DNA of 32,007 nucleotides from Candidatus Kerfeldbacteria bacterium (GCA_016204645.1 JACQKI010000015.1:1-32007); one strand, 5' to 3'; positions 15,401 through 24,546 are shown, numbered from the stretch's first letter. A program made the numbers and translations. Notes: generated by a model from the sequence alone, not told the origin.

Positions 15401-16464
15401 GAGTACCGCAGGCACTACTGGCGTTGGTTGCCGGTCTGGTCATGACTGCCCAAGGGTGTTCCATCAGCTTTCGAACCGGCGGCCCGTTGGACGGCGGCGT
15501 GTTCCGGTCTGATGACGGCGGGACCACCTGGAATGCCGTCGCCAACGCTGGCACCACCGCCAAGGGAAAGCCAATTCGAATTGACCACCTTGACATCGAG
15601 TTCATTCGGATCGACCCGGTGACCAGCGCTACGGTCTACCTCGGAACCCGCGGGGCCGGACTGTACCGTTCTGACGACAGCGGTGACCGGTGGGTTACAA
15701 CGGGCTTGGGCGCTGGAACCTACGTGGCCCTGGCAATCGACCCATCCGCCCCGTCTATTCTGTACGCGGCCAGCGGCGGAGTGATAACCAAGAGCGGCGA
15801 CGGCGGCGCCACCTGGAAACCGATCTACGTTGAGTCGAAGCCGGATCGCACCATCACCGACTTGGCCATCCAGCCGACCGACTCGAGCGTTCTGCTGGCG
15901 GCCACCAACCGCGGCGACGTGCTGCTCAGCCGCGATTACGGCAATACCTGGCAGCTGCTGTCGAGCCTGACGACGGTCGACCACATCAACCGGCTGCTCT
16001 TCCCCCCAGCCAACGGGACAACCGTCTACGCCCTGACTCGTGCCAGCGGCCTGTTCCGCTCGACTGACGGCGGCGCCAGCTGGCAGTCGATGAAACAGAG
16101 CCTGCAGCCGTTCCCGGGATCCACCAGCATCTCTTCGGTGGCCACCGTCACCGGCCGGTCAGATACGCTGTACCTGGCGTCGGGCTACGGCCTGCTGGTG
16201 ACGCGCGACGGCGGCGCTTCGTGGCAGCCGATCAACACCCTAGTACCATTCGGCAGTCAGCCGATCCAGGCCGTTGCCGTCAACCCTGCGAACGAAGCCA
16301 CCATGTACGTCCTAGTCGGCAACCGACTCCGTAAATCGATCGACGGCGGCGCCAGCTGGGACGCTAAAATCACCGTTTCGACCGGCCGGCTGCTAACCGC
16401 GCTGACCCTCAACCCCGATCGGCCTGACCAGCTCTTCGTCGGTACTATCAAGCCAAAAAAGTAG
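15397..16464 (+). CDS. Secreted Asp-box (BNR) repeat beta-propeller protein, possible lipoprotein
   Basis: ATGA overlap with holB. The signal peptide is MRVPQALLALVAGLVMTAQGCS. Seven SxDxGxTW-type boxes are present: SDDGGTTW, SDDSGDRW, SGDGGATW, SRDYGNTW, STDGGASW, TRDGGASW and SIDGGASW. Confidence 0.8.
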   Translation: MRVPQALLALVAGLVMTAQGCSISFRTGGPLDGGVFRSDDGGTTWNAVANAGTTAKGKPIRIDHLDIEFIRIDPVTSATVYLGTRGAGLYRSDDSGDRWVTTGLGAGTYVALAIDPSAPSILYAASGGVITKSGDGGATWKPIYVESKPDRTITDLAIQPTDSSVLLAATNRGDVLLSRDYGNTWQLLSSLTTVDHINRLLFPPANGTTVYALTRASGLFRSTDGGASWQSMKQSLQPFPGSTSISSVATVTGRSDTLYLASGYGLLVTRDGGASWQPINTLVPFGSQPIQAVAVNPANEATMYVLVGNRLRKSIDGGASWDAKITVSTGRLLTALTLNPDRPDQLFVGTIKPKK

Positions 16465-16468
16465 GCGT

Positions 16469-17005
16469 ATGACTGCTGCCCTCTTCGAAGCCGCGATTGA
16501 CCACCTCCGCCAGGAACTCGTCAGCGTCCGAACGGGCCGGGCCAATCCCAGCCTGGTCGAAAACGTTTCGGTCGAAGCCTACGGCGCCACCGTACCGCTG
16601 CCGCAACTGGCCAGCACCTCGTCTGCCGACGCTCGAACCATCGTCATCCAGCCGTGGGACAAAAACGTCCTAAAAGACATTGAACGGGCGCTCCAGCAGG
16701 CTGCCCTGGGTATGGCGCCGGTCAACGACGGTACCGTCATCCGGCTCAGCGTACCACCCTTGACGGAAGAGCGACGGAGAGAGTACCTCAAGATCCTAAA
16801 CTCCAAGCTCGAAGCCGCCCGAGTGGCCGTCCGCAAAATCAGAGAAGACCAGCAGCACGCGCTGCGCCAAGCCAAGCAGGCAGGGCAGCTCTCCGAAGAC
16901 CAGCTGTTCGCGCAGCAAAAAACCCTCCAGAAGCACGTCGACAGCTACATGCAGCAGATCCAAGCCTTAGGCCAGCAGAAAGAGCAAGAACTGCTGACAG
17001 TCTAA
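16469..17005 (+). CDS. frr: Ribosome recycling factor
   Basis: 178 aa. VEAYGATVPLPQLA, IQPWDK, PVNDGTVIRLSVPPLTEERRREYLK and a C-terminal helical region fit RRF. Confidence 0.92.
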   Translation: MTAALFEAAIDHLRQELVSVRTGRANPSLVENVSVEAYGATVPLPQLASTSSADARTIVIQPWDKNVLKDIERALQQAALGMAPVNDGTVIRLSVPPLTEERRREYLKILNSKLEAARVAVRKIREDQQHALRQAKQAGQLSEDQLFAQQKTLQKHVDSYMQQIQALGQQKEQELLTV

Positions 17006-17011
17006 TCGCCC

Positions 17012-18127
17012 ATGCTGCTCACCTTTATCATTTTCATCGTCGTTGTCTCGCTGCTGGTGTTCGTCCACGAGCTCGGGCACTTCATGACCGCCCGGCGATT
17101 AGGGGTAACCGTGGAAGAATTCGGTTTTGGCTTTCCGCCGCGGATATTCGGCCTTCGACGCAGGGGAACCGTCTACTCCCTGAACTGGATACCATTCGGC
17201 GGCTTCGTGCGACTGAAGGGCGAAACGCCGGGAACCAGTCTGGATCCAGACAGTTTCGCGGCTCAGTCGCGGCCACGTCGGTTCGGCATTTTAGCCGCCG
17301 GCGTCCTGATGAACTACCTGCTCAGCGCCGTGCTCTTCACCGCCGGTTTTACGGTAGGTTTACCCTCGGTCAGCGATACCGCTCCAGGCAGCGCACCCCT
17401 GAAAGATGTCCGACCGCAAATCGTCAGCCTGGAAGACGGCGGGCCAGCCGCCCACGGCGGCTTGCGCGTCGGCGACTCGATCGTCGCCTTCAACGACCGA
17501 CCGCTGACTAGCTCACGCGAACTGAAAGAGCTTCAGCGCGAAAACGCCGGTTCGCCGATTACCCTGTCGGTTCAGCGCGGTCAACGTCAACGGACGCTCA
17601 CGCTCAGTCCGGCTCAAAGCCCGAACGGCGATTACCGAATCGGAGTGGGCATCCTCGACGTCGGAACCCTGACCTACCCGTTTCCGCAATCTATCTGGTA
17701 CGGCTTGACTACAACGGTCCGCATAACCGGCGACATCTTCGTTTCGTTCGGCCACCTGCTGCGCGACTTAGTTGTCGAACGGACTGTCAGTCCAGATCTG
17801 TCCGGTCCGGTCGGGGTGGTGGTCTTGACCGGTCAAGCCCTCGAGCTGGGGTGGCCGTACCTCATCCAGTTTACCGCCTTGCTGTCGGTCACCTTGGCGG
17901 TCATCAATTTTTTCCCGTTGCCTGCCCTGGACGGCGGGCGGGCACTGTTCGTCATCATCGAATCGGTCCGCCGGAAGGCCATCGACTACCGAGTTGAGTC
18001 GCTGATTCACGCCATCGGATTCTACGTCTTGATCGCCTTAGTACTGTTGGTCAGCTTACGAGACGTACAGCGACTGGGCTTAGGGGATAAGCTGGTCGAA
18101 AACGTCCGGCAGATTTTCGGAGGCTAA
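17012..18127 (+). CDS. rseP: RIP metalloprotease RseP (site-2 protease, M50 family) with PDZ domain
   Basis: HELGHF zinc motif at the N-terminus, a central PDZ-like segment (GGLRVGDSIVAFNDRPL), and a C-terminal NFFPLPALDGGR motif. Confidence 0.9.
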   Translation: MLLTFIIFIVVVSLLVFVHELGHFMTARRLGVTVEEFGFGFPPRIFGLRRRGTVYSLNWIPFGGFVRLKGETPGTSLDPDSFAAQSRPRRFGILAAGVLMNYLLSAVLFTAGFTVGLPSVSDTAPGSAPLKDVRPQIVSLEDGGPAAHGGLRVGDSIVAFNDRPLTSSRELKELQRENAGSPITLSVQRGQRQRTLTLSPAQSPNGDYRIGVGILDVGTLTYPFPQSIWYGLTTTVRITGDIFVSFGHLLRDLVVERTVSPDLSGPVGVVVLTGQALELGWPYLIQFTALLSVTLAVINFFPLPALDGGRALFVIIESVRRKAIDYRVESLIHAIGFYVLIALVLLVSLRDVQRLGLGDKLVENVRQIFGG

Positions 18128-19183
18128 GTGTTCGGAAAACTGCTCGGACGTTTCTCGCGCGACATGGGCATCGACCTCGGTACTAAAAACACCTTGGTCT
18201 ACATTAAAGACAAAGGAATCGTCATCAACGAGCCCTCGGTCGTGGCGGTTAATACGCGGACCGATCAAATCTTAGCGGTCGGCGAAGAAGCGCGGCTGAT
18301 GGTTGGGAAGACACCCAGCCACATCGTCGCCATCCGGCCGCTGATGAGCGGCGTGATTTCCGACTTCGAGGTGACTGAACGAATGCTCCGGCACTTCATC
18401 GACCGGGTCCACCGCGAAGTGCTCTCGTTCCTCAGCCGGCCGCGGGTAGTCATCGGCATTCCGCTCGGCGTAACCGAAGTCGAACGCAAAGCAGTCGAAG
18501 ACGCGACCCTCCACGCCGGCGCCCGCGAAGTTTTTTTAATCGAAGAGCCGATGGCCGCTGCTATCGGAGCCCGGCTGCCGATTCAGGACGCCTCCGGTAA
18601 CATGGTGGTGGACATGGGCGGCGGAACGACCGAGATTGCAGTCATCAGCTTGGGTGGCATCGTCAGCTGGCGGTCGCTGCGCGTTGCCGGAAACGAGCTC
18701 GATCAAAACATCATCCAGTATGCGCGTGAGCACTTCAACGTCTTGCTCGGAGAGCGAACCGCCGAGGAGCTCAAAATAAAAATCGGCGGGGTGACGGACC
18801 AGGTCGAGCAGCTCGAGGCGCCGATGCGTGGCCGCGACCTGCTGACCGGACTTCCCAAGGAAGTGACCATCGCCACCGGCCACCTGCGCGAAGCCATGCA
18901 GCGCTCGATAAACCTGATCATCGACAACATCAAGTCGACAATCGAGGCGACACCGCCAGAGCTGGTGGCTGATATCTACTCCCGCGGCATCGTACTCAGC
19001 GGCGGCGGTGGGCTGCTGCGGGGCTTTGCGCAGGCCATTCAGAGCGAAACCCACATCCCGGTCCACGTCGTCGATGATCCGCTGACCGCAGTCGTCCGCG
19101 GAACCGGAATTGTCCTCGACGACCTCGACAACTTGCGCAGCGTACTGCTGCTGTCAGCCAACGAAGTTTCCGCGCCGAGGTGA
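18128..19183 (+). CDS. mreB: Rod shape-determining protein MreB (paralogue 2, canonical locus)
   Basis: 351 aa with GIDLGTKNT, DMGGGTTEIAVIS and VLSGGGGLL, followed by mreC/mreD/mrdA. GGAGG at 18119-18123 is the only clear Shine-Dalgarno sequence seen in the window. Confidence 0.93.
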   Translation: MFGKLLGRFSRDMGIDLGTKNTLVYIKDKGIVINEPSVVAVNTRTDQILAVGEEARLMVGKTPSHIVAIRPLMSGVISDFEVTERMLRHFIDRVHREVLSFLSRPRVVIGIPLGVTEVERKAVEDATLHAGAREVFLIEEPMAAAIGARLPIQDASGNMVVDMGGGTTEIAVISLGGIVSWRSLRVAGNELDQNIIQYAREHFNVLLGERTAEELKIKIGGVTDQVEQLEAPMRGRDLLTGLPKEVTIATGHLREAMQRSINLIIDNIKSTIEATPPELVADIYSRGIVLSGGGGLLRGFAQAIQSETHIPVHVVDDPLTAVVRGTGIVLDDLDNLRSVLLLSANEVSAPR

Positions 19184-19980
19184 CGTTGGCAGCCGGTCCT
19201 CCACAACGCCGGACAATCTTGACGATTGGCAGTACGCTCGTCGCAATCGTACTGCTGCACTACCTGGGCGTCCTTCGGCCCCTCGAACGCTTGGCAGTGC
19301 AAACGTTACTGCCGATCGGCCGTTGGACGACAGGATGGTTGAGCCCCGTAGCCGAAACCCGGTCCAGTGAAACGTCCGCCCGGATGGCCATCCTGGAACA
19401 GCGGATCGCCGAACTGAACGTAGAGAATGCCCAGCTGCAATCCGCGCTCGAGGCAGCTGTCGAAGCGGATGAACAAGAGCGATTTCTAAAAACGCGTCAG
19501 TTCGAAGGAGTCGCAGCTCGGCTGGTTGCCCGGAGCGGCGATCCGACCTCCGAGTTTGTGACGGTCGACCGCGGTACCCGAGCCGGTATCCAAATCGATG
19601 CCCCTGCGATCGTAGCCGGCGGCGTTATCATCGGACGAGTTATCGCGGTCACCGACGACATCTCACGGATCCTGCTGAGTACCGACAACCGTAGCAGCTT
19701 CGCCGGTGTCAGCCTGCAGTCTACCACCACGCAGGGGTTAGTCTCCGGCGCGCGTGGTCTGTCGCTGAGCATGGGGCTGATTTCCCAGTCAGAACACATT
19801 GAAGCTGGAGATATCATCGTGACCTCCGGGGTGGACAGCGGAGTCCCGCGCGGGTTGGTGCTGGGCGAAGTCGAGCGAGTCGATCGGCAAACCGGTGCGC
19901 TGTTCCAGTCGGCCTCCCTGCGTCCGCTCTTCCAATCTAACCGTCTCGACGTGATTACCATCCTGACCACCAATCAGTAG
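19180..19980 (+). CDS. mreC: Rod shape-determining protein MreC
   Basis: GTGA overlap with mreB. It has an N-terminal TM and a coiled coil (LEQRIAELNVENAQLQSALE). GDIIVTSGVDSGVPRGLVLGEV is typical of MreC. Confidence 0.85.
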   Translation: MTLAAGPPQRRTILTIGSTLVAIVLLHYLGVLRPLERLAVQTLLPIGRWTTGWLSPVAETRSSETSARMAILEQRIAELNVENAQLQSALEAAVEADEQERFLKTRQFEGVAARLVARSGDPTSEFVTVDRGTRAGIQIDAPAIVAGGVIIGRVIAVTDDISRILLSTDNRSSFAGVSLQSTTTQGLVSGARGLSLSMGLISQSEHIEAGDIIVTSGVDSGVPRGLVLGEVERVDRQTGALFQSASLRPLFQSNRLDVITILTTNQ

Positions 19981-19981
19981 C

Positions 19982-20506
19982 ATGCCCCGATTCATCCTGA
20001 TCGGAATCTTAGTCGTGGCCCTGCTGGCCAGCCTGTTCGTCACCCCGCACCTGCAACCGCTGCTCCTGAAACCCAGCCTGTTCCTGCCTGCTCTCTTGCT
20101 AATCCTACTGCTGGGCGACACCTGGCTGGCGCTCCGGAGCGCGGCAGTCGGGGGAGTAGTGATGGACCTGTTCTCGGCCGGACCGTTCGGCGCGTACGTG
20201 TTTGCCTACGTTACAACCGTGGTGGTTACCCGCTGGGTATTCCGAACCAAAATTACCAACCGCTCGTTGCTGGCGCTGCTATCGCTGACCGGCATCGGGA
20301 GCATCCTGGCATCACTGCTGGTCATGGTCAACAGCCACCTCGGTCGCCTGATCGATCCTCGCGCACTCAGCGTCTCGCCGACGAGCAGCTGGGTGGCCGT
20401 GACGGTTACCGATGCCTTTCGAACGATGGCTCTGGCTGTGCTCGTCTACTGGATGATCCGCCTGTTCGGCCGTCGTTACTCCAGCTTGACCGCTCATGAA
20501 TTTTAG
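19982..20506 (+). CDS. mreD: Rod shape-determining protein MreD
   Basis: 174-aa polytopic membrane protein lying between mreC and the PBP2 gene. The call rests mainly on position and hydrophobicity. Confidence 0.65.
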   Translation: MPRFILIGILVVALLASLFVTPHLQPLLLKPSLFLPALLLILLLGDTWLALRSAAVGGVVMDLFSAGPFGAYVFAYVTTVVVTRWVFRTKITNRSLLALLSLTGIGSILASLLVMVNSHLGRLIDPRALSVSPTSSWVAVTVTDAFRTMALAVLVYWMIRLFGRRYSSLTAHEF

Positions 20507-22418
20507 TCGCACCACAAACCCCTTCACGCCGGTACCGCTCTCGGCCGACCGACAGCCGCTGCTCGTCCGCCGCGATCGTCGCGGGGTAGACCTCGAGGAC
20601 TACCTAGCTTCCGGTGCGGCGGCTGGTCGACTTTCGACTCCGACCTTAAACTTCAGAACGGCCGGAGCGATCATGTTTGTCGGTTTACTGGTGCTGCTCC
20701 TGCGCGTGGCCTACCTCCAGCTGGCTCACGGTGACGACTACCGAACCTCGTCCGAGCAAAACCGTATCCGGCTGGAGGTCGTGCAGGCGCCGCGCGGAAT
20801 CATCTATGACCGCCACCGGACGGCGCTGCTGTCAAACCAACCCTCCTTTACTCTGTACGCGACGCCAGCTGACCTGCCGCGCGATCCTTCTCAGCGGACC
20901 AACGTGGCCGATGTGCTGGCCGCCGCGTACCCTCAACTTACCAGCCAATCCATCCGAGCATCGCTCGCCGCAGCGTCCCCCAGTTCAATCCAACCAATCA
21001 TCCTCGCCGAACACGTACCCTACGAAGACGCGCTCCGGCTATCCACCGTGTTCGCCAGAATCCCGGGGATCTCAATCGAGGCGGTCAGCACCCGCGCCTA
21101 CCGCGACAACTCGGCTGCCCACCTGCTCGGCTACTTGGGAAAACCGACGGGCGACGAGCTGGCGAACCGGAACGACGTCACCTCGCTCTCGCAGGTTGGT
21201 CGGATGGGAATTGAACTTGCCTACGACCCAACGCTACGCGGAGTCGACGGCGTGCGCGAAGTCGAACGCGACCACCTGAACAAGGAACTGTCGGTCATCG
21301 CTAGCCGTCAGGCTACGCCCGGTCACAACTTGGTGTTGACCGTCGACGGCCAGCTCCAAGACGTACTCAACCAAGCCCTCGAACAGACCATCCGCCGGAT
21401 GCATGTTTCCGGAGCCGCAGCCGTTGCGCTCGACCCGCGCAACGGAGAAATTTTAGCGTTGGTCTCGCAGCCGTCGTTTGATCCCAATCTGTTCACCCAA
21501 GGCGGAGACGAAAGCGTATTTCGAGCCATTTTCGAAGATCAGCGCCATCCGCTGTTCTTCCGTGCCGTCAGCGGCTCGTACCCGTCGGGCTCGAGCATCA
21601 AGCCGGTGATCGCCGCGGCTGCGCTGGCCGAGGGCGTGATAAACGAACGCACCACAATCCAGAGCGTCGGCGGCATCAAAGTTGGGCCGAACTTCTTCCC
21701 CGACTGGAAAGCGGGCGGGCACGGATCCGTCGACGTCAGGACGGCCCTGTCCGAATCAGTCAACACCTTCTTTTACCTAATCGGCGGCGGTTTCGAAGAG
21801 TTCGTTGGCCTGGGCGTTGAGCGGATCGTCAACTACTTAACCCGCTTCGGTCTGGGACGAACACTCGGCCTCGACCTGCCGGGCGAGGCCGCCGGATTTC
21901 TACCGGACCGGACCTGGCGCAGCCAGCCATCATCGCCCCGCTGGTACGTCGGCGACACGTACAACTTATCGATCGGTCAAGGTTTCATCAACGTCACGCC
22001 GCTCCAGGTCGCAGCTTTCACCATGGCCGTAGCCAACGGCGGAACGCTCTACCAGCCGCACCTCGTCCGGTCGGTACTGGCCACCGACGGACAAACGCTG
22101 TCGACGGTAGAGCCGCGAATTCTCAACCGCACGGTCGAGGACCGATTCTTGGTTCCCGTCCGGGCGGGAATGCGGCAAGCCGTAACCAGCGGCAGCGCCC
22201 AAGCACTCGGCGACCTGCCCGTGGCAGTCGCCGCCAAAACGGGAACTGCGCAGTTCGGCAGCGAGGGAAAAACTCACGCCTGGCTGACGGCCTTCGCCCC
22301 GTTCGACCGTCCGGAGATCGTCGTAACCGTCATCGTCGAAAGCGGGGGAGAGGGTCATGCTACTGCTCTGCCAATCGCAGAACGAGCGTTGTCTGCGTAC
22401 TATGCCAACACTCGGTAA
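20496..22418 (+). CDS. mrdA: Penicillin-binding protein 2 (class B transpeptidase, MrdA)
   Basis: Overlaps mreD by 11 nt. It has SGSSIKP (SxxK), SESVN (SxN) and KTGTA (KTG). A single TM lies at about residues 56-75. Confidence 0.9.
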   Translation: MNFSRTTNPFTPVPLSADRQPLLVRRDRRGVDLEDYLASGAAAGRLSTPTLNFRTAGAIMFVGLLVLLLRVAYLQLAHGDDYRTSSEQNRIRLEVVQAPRGIIYDRHRTALLSNQPSFTLYATPADLPRDPSQRTNVADVLAAAYPQLTSQSIRASLAAASPSSIQPIILAEHVPYEDALRLSTVFARIPGISIEAVSTRAYRDNSAAHLLGYLGKPTGDELANRNDVTSLSQVGRMGIELAYDPTLRGVDGVREVERDHLNKELSVIASRQATPGHNLVLTVDGQLQDVLNQALEQTIRRMHVSGAAAVALDPRNGEILALVSQPSFDPNLFTQGGDESVFRAIFEDQRHPLFFRAVSGSYPSGSSIKPVIAAAALAEGVINERTTIQSVGGIKVGPNFFPDWKAGGHGSVDVRTALSESVNTFFYLIGGGFEEFVGLGVERIVNYLTRFGLGRTLGLDLPGEAAGFLPDRTWRSQPSSPRWYVGDTYNLSIGQGFINVTPLQVAAFTMAVANGGTLYQPHLVRSVLATDGQTLSTVEPRILNRTVEDRFLVPVRAGMRQAVTSGSAQALGDLPVAVAAKTGTAQFGSEGKTHAWLTAFAPFDRPEIVVTVIVESGGEGHATALPIAERALSAYYANTR

Positions 22419-22425
22419 AGCTAGC

Positions 22426-22454
22426 TTGACAGCCAAAAAAATCCGGCGTACCCT
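22426..22454 (+). promoter_or_regulatory. Weak candidate promoter TTGACA-N17-TACCCT upstream of greA
   Basis: A perfect -35 TTGACA lies at 22426-22431. A 17-nt spacer follows, then a poor -10 TACCCT at 22449-22454. greA starts at 22503. Confidence 0.25.
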
Positions 22455-22502
22455 GGAGGCGCACCGAACAAACCTAAACTTTAACCAGTACCCACCCGTT
22501 GT

Positions 22503-22970
22503 ATGACTGAACGACAGACCTTTATTACGGCCGATGGTCTAGAAAAACTCCGCCAAGAACTCAAGCACCTGAAAACGATCAAGCGCCGGGAAATTGCCCA
22601 GCGTATCCAGGAAGCTAAGGAACTCGGTGATCTTTCAGAAAACGCTGAGTACGTCGAGGCAAAAAACGAGCAAGCCTTTGTCGAGGGTCGAATCGCCGAA
22701 CTCGAAGCGGTCGTCAAAAACGCGGTCATCATCCAGCAGGAAAGAAACGCCGAACAAGTTCGAGTGGGCTCGAAGGTCAAAGCTAAGCCCGAAAACGGTC
22801 CGGCCGTAACTTACGCCATCGTCGGTTCGAACGAAGCAGACCCGAAGAACGGACGCATCTCCAACGAATCGCCGCTCGGCCAAGCCTTCCTCGGTAGGCG
22901 AGTCGGCGATTCAGTCATGATCGAGGCCCCGGCCGGAAAACGTAGTTTCCAAATCGTCGGTATCGCCTAA
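22503..22970 (+). CDS. greA: Transcription elongation factor GreA
   Basis: 155 aa. It shows LEKLRQELKHLK...RREIAQRIQEAKELGDLSENAEYVEAK (coiled-coil finger) and a C-terminal ISNESPLGQAFLGRRVGD. Confidence 0.93.
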   Translation: MTERQTFITADGLEKLRQELKHLKTIKRREIAQRIQEAKELGDLSENAEYVEAKNEQAFVEGRIAELEAVVKNAVIIQQERNAEQVRVGSKVKAKPENGPAVTYAIVGSNEADPKNGRISNESPLGQAFLGRRVGDSVMIEAPAGKRSFQIVGIA

Positions 22971-22979
22971 GCCAGCCGA

Positions 22980-23008
22980 TTGCCGCCGGCCGAGTTGGCG
23001 CGTATACT
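22980..23008 (+). promoter_or_regulatory. Candidate promoter TTGCCG-N17-TATACT, 6 nt upstream of the lysS ATG (leaderless geometry)
   Basis: -35 lies at 22980-22985, followed by a 17-nt spacer and -10 TATACT at 23003-23008. Six nt then precede ATG 23015. No Shine-Dalgarno sequence is present. Confidence 0.45.
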
Positions 23009-23014
23009 ACTGGC

Positions 23015-24466
23015 ATGCGGACATTCAGTGACCAGGAGCAAGCTCGTCGCGATAAGCTGGCGAAACTTCAAGGTACCGGTGTCGAAGTATACCCGGCCCG
23101 CGTCAAACGGACACACCAAATTCACCAGCTGCTTGATGACTGGAAAGATAAGCAGCCTGTGGTCATTGCCGGACGCGTGCGCGCCAGCCGAATCCAAGGC
23201 GGTTCTGCATTTCTTAAATTAGAAGATGAAACTGGATCGCTGCAAGTCTTTCTGCAGAAAAAACTACTGCCCGATTTTTCCGACTCGGTCAAATTAATCG
23301 ACCTGGGTGATTTTTTAGAAATAGCTGGCACCACCTTCGTCACCAAGCGCGGCGAGAAAACCGTTGATGCTACCAAGTTAGCGTGGTTAGCCAAAGCATT
23401 GCGTCCACTGCCGTCTGATTGGCACGGTCTGGCCGATATTGAAACTCGGTACCGCTTCCGAGAACTCGACATCCTGACTAACCCGGTCGTTAAAGACATC
23501 TTCCTCAAACGGGGGGCCGTCTTGCGCACGGTCCGCCGGTTCTTGGTTGAACGCGAGTTCGTCGAAGTCGAAACACCGATGCTCCAATCCATCCCCGGCG
23601 GCGCCACGGCCCGACCGTTCGTAACCCACCACCATGCCCTCGACACCGACCTCTACCTGCGCATCGCACCTGAGCTCTACCTCAAGCGCCTGATCGTCGG
23701 CGGCTTCGGCCGCGTCTTCGAAATCGGCCGAAACTTTCGCAACGAAGGCATTGACCACGACCATAATCCCGAGTTCACCATGATGGAGTGCTACGCTGCG
23801 TACACCGACTATGCATGGATGATGGATCTGACTGAGGACTTACTGATAGCGGTAGCCTCCGCCGTCAATGGTAAACCTGAAATCAAGATTGGGCAGAAGT
23901 TGTTTAAGATCAGCAAGCCGTTTCCGCGGTTTACTTATCGCCAGGCCTTGCTGCACATGACCAAGATCGACATCGATACCGTCAGCGATCAGGAGCTGCT
24001 GAAACTGGGTCGAGCCATCGGCACTGACCTGCCCGACGGTACTGGCCGGGCGCTGATGCTCGACGAAATATTTAAAACGCACGTTCGACCGAAATTCATC
24101 GCGCCCGGATTCTTGATGGATCACCCGACCGAGCTTTCGCCGCTGGCCAAAAAGAAGGCTGACAACCCAAAGTACGTTGAACGCTTCCAGCTGCTGGTCG
24201 GCGGCACCGAGCTGGCGAATGCCTTCAGCGAGCTGAACGATCCTGATGATCAGCGTCAGCGTTTTGAAGCTCAGGAAAAACTCCGGGCGAAAGGCGATGA
24301 TCAAGCTCAGCGAATTGATGAGAGCTACATTCGTTCGCTCGAGTACGGCATGCCGCCGACTTCGGGATTGGGCGTCGGCATCGATCGCATGACCGCCATC
24401 CTGACTAACCAGAAAGCACTCAAAGATGTCATTCTTTTCCCCACACTAAAACCAGAAAAACCATGA
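23015..24466 (+). CDS. lysS: Lysine--tRNA ligase, class II
   Basis: 483 aa with an N-terminal OB fold. Motif 2 is FEIGRNFRNEGIDHDHNPEFTMME and motif 3 is GLGVGIDRMTAIL. Confidence 0.93.
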   Translation: MRTFSDQEQARRDKLAKLQGTGVEVYPARVKRTHQIHQLLDDWKDKQPVVIAGRVRASRIQGGSAFLKLEDETGSLQVFLQKKLLPDFSDSVKLIDLGDFLEIAGTTFVTKRGEKTVDATKLAWLAKALRPLPSDWHGLADIETRYRFRELDILTNPVVKDIFLKRGAVLRTVRRFLVEREFVEVETPMLQSIPGGATARPFVTHHHALDTDLYLRIAPELYLKRLIVGGFGRVFEIGRNFRNEGIDHDHNPEFTMMECYAAYTDYAWMMDLTEDLLIAVASAVNGKPEIKIGQKLFKISKPFPRFTYRQALLHMTKIDIDTVSDQELLKLGRAIGTDLPDGTGRALMLDEIFKTHVRPKFIAPGFLMDHPTELSPLAKKKADNPKYVERFQLLVGGTELANAFSELNDPDDQRQRFEAQEKLRAKGDDQAQRIDESYIRSLEYGMPPTSGLGVGIDRMTAILTNQKALKDVILFPTLKPEKP

Positions 24467-24546
24467 TCCCGTTAGAAAGACCTCTGCATGAATGACTGGA
24501 CCTAAAAAATCCTTATGAACGCTTTATATGCTGACTTTCTATCGGG

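Noticed and set aside
22418-22427. Perfect 10-nt palindrome AAGCTAGCTT straddling the mrdA stop, considered as a possible operator.
   Set aside because: It is short and occurs once. It overlaps a TTGACA that already offers an explanation. There is no second half-site or repeat elsewhere in the window.
22971-23014. T-box or other riboswitch leaders upstream of lysS (22971-23014) and serS (no gap at all).
   Set aside because: The gaps are 44 nt and 0 nt, far too short for a T-box (about 200 nt or more) or a lysine riboswitch.
24467-24546. The 80-nt lower-GC spacer between lysS and the HD gene as a small RNA, terminator or promoter.
   Set aside because: I found no convincing stem-loop and no TTGNNN-N17-TANANT match. 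It contains only a 5-codon ORF. Nothing there is supportable by eye.
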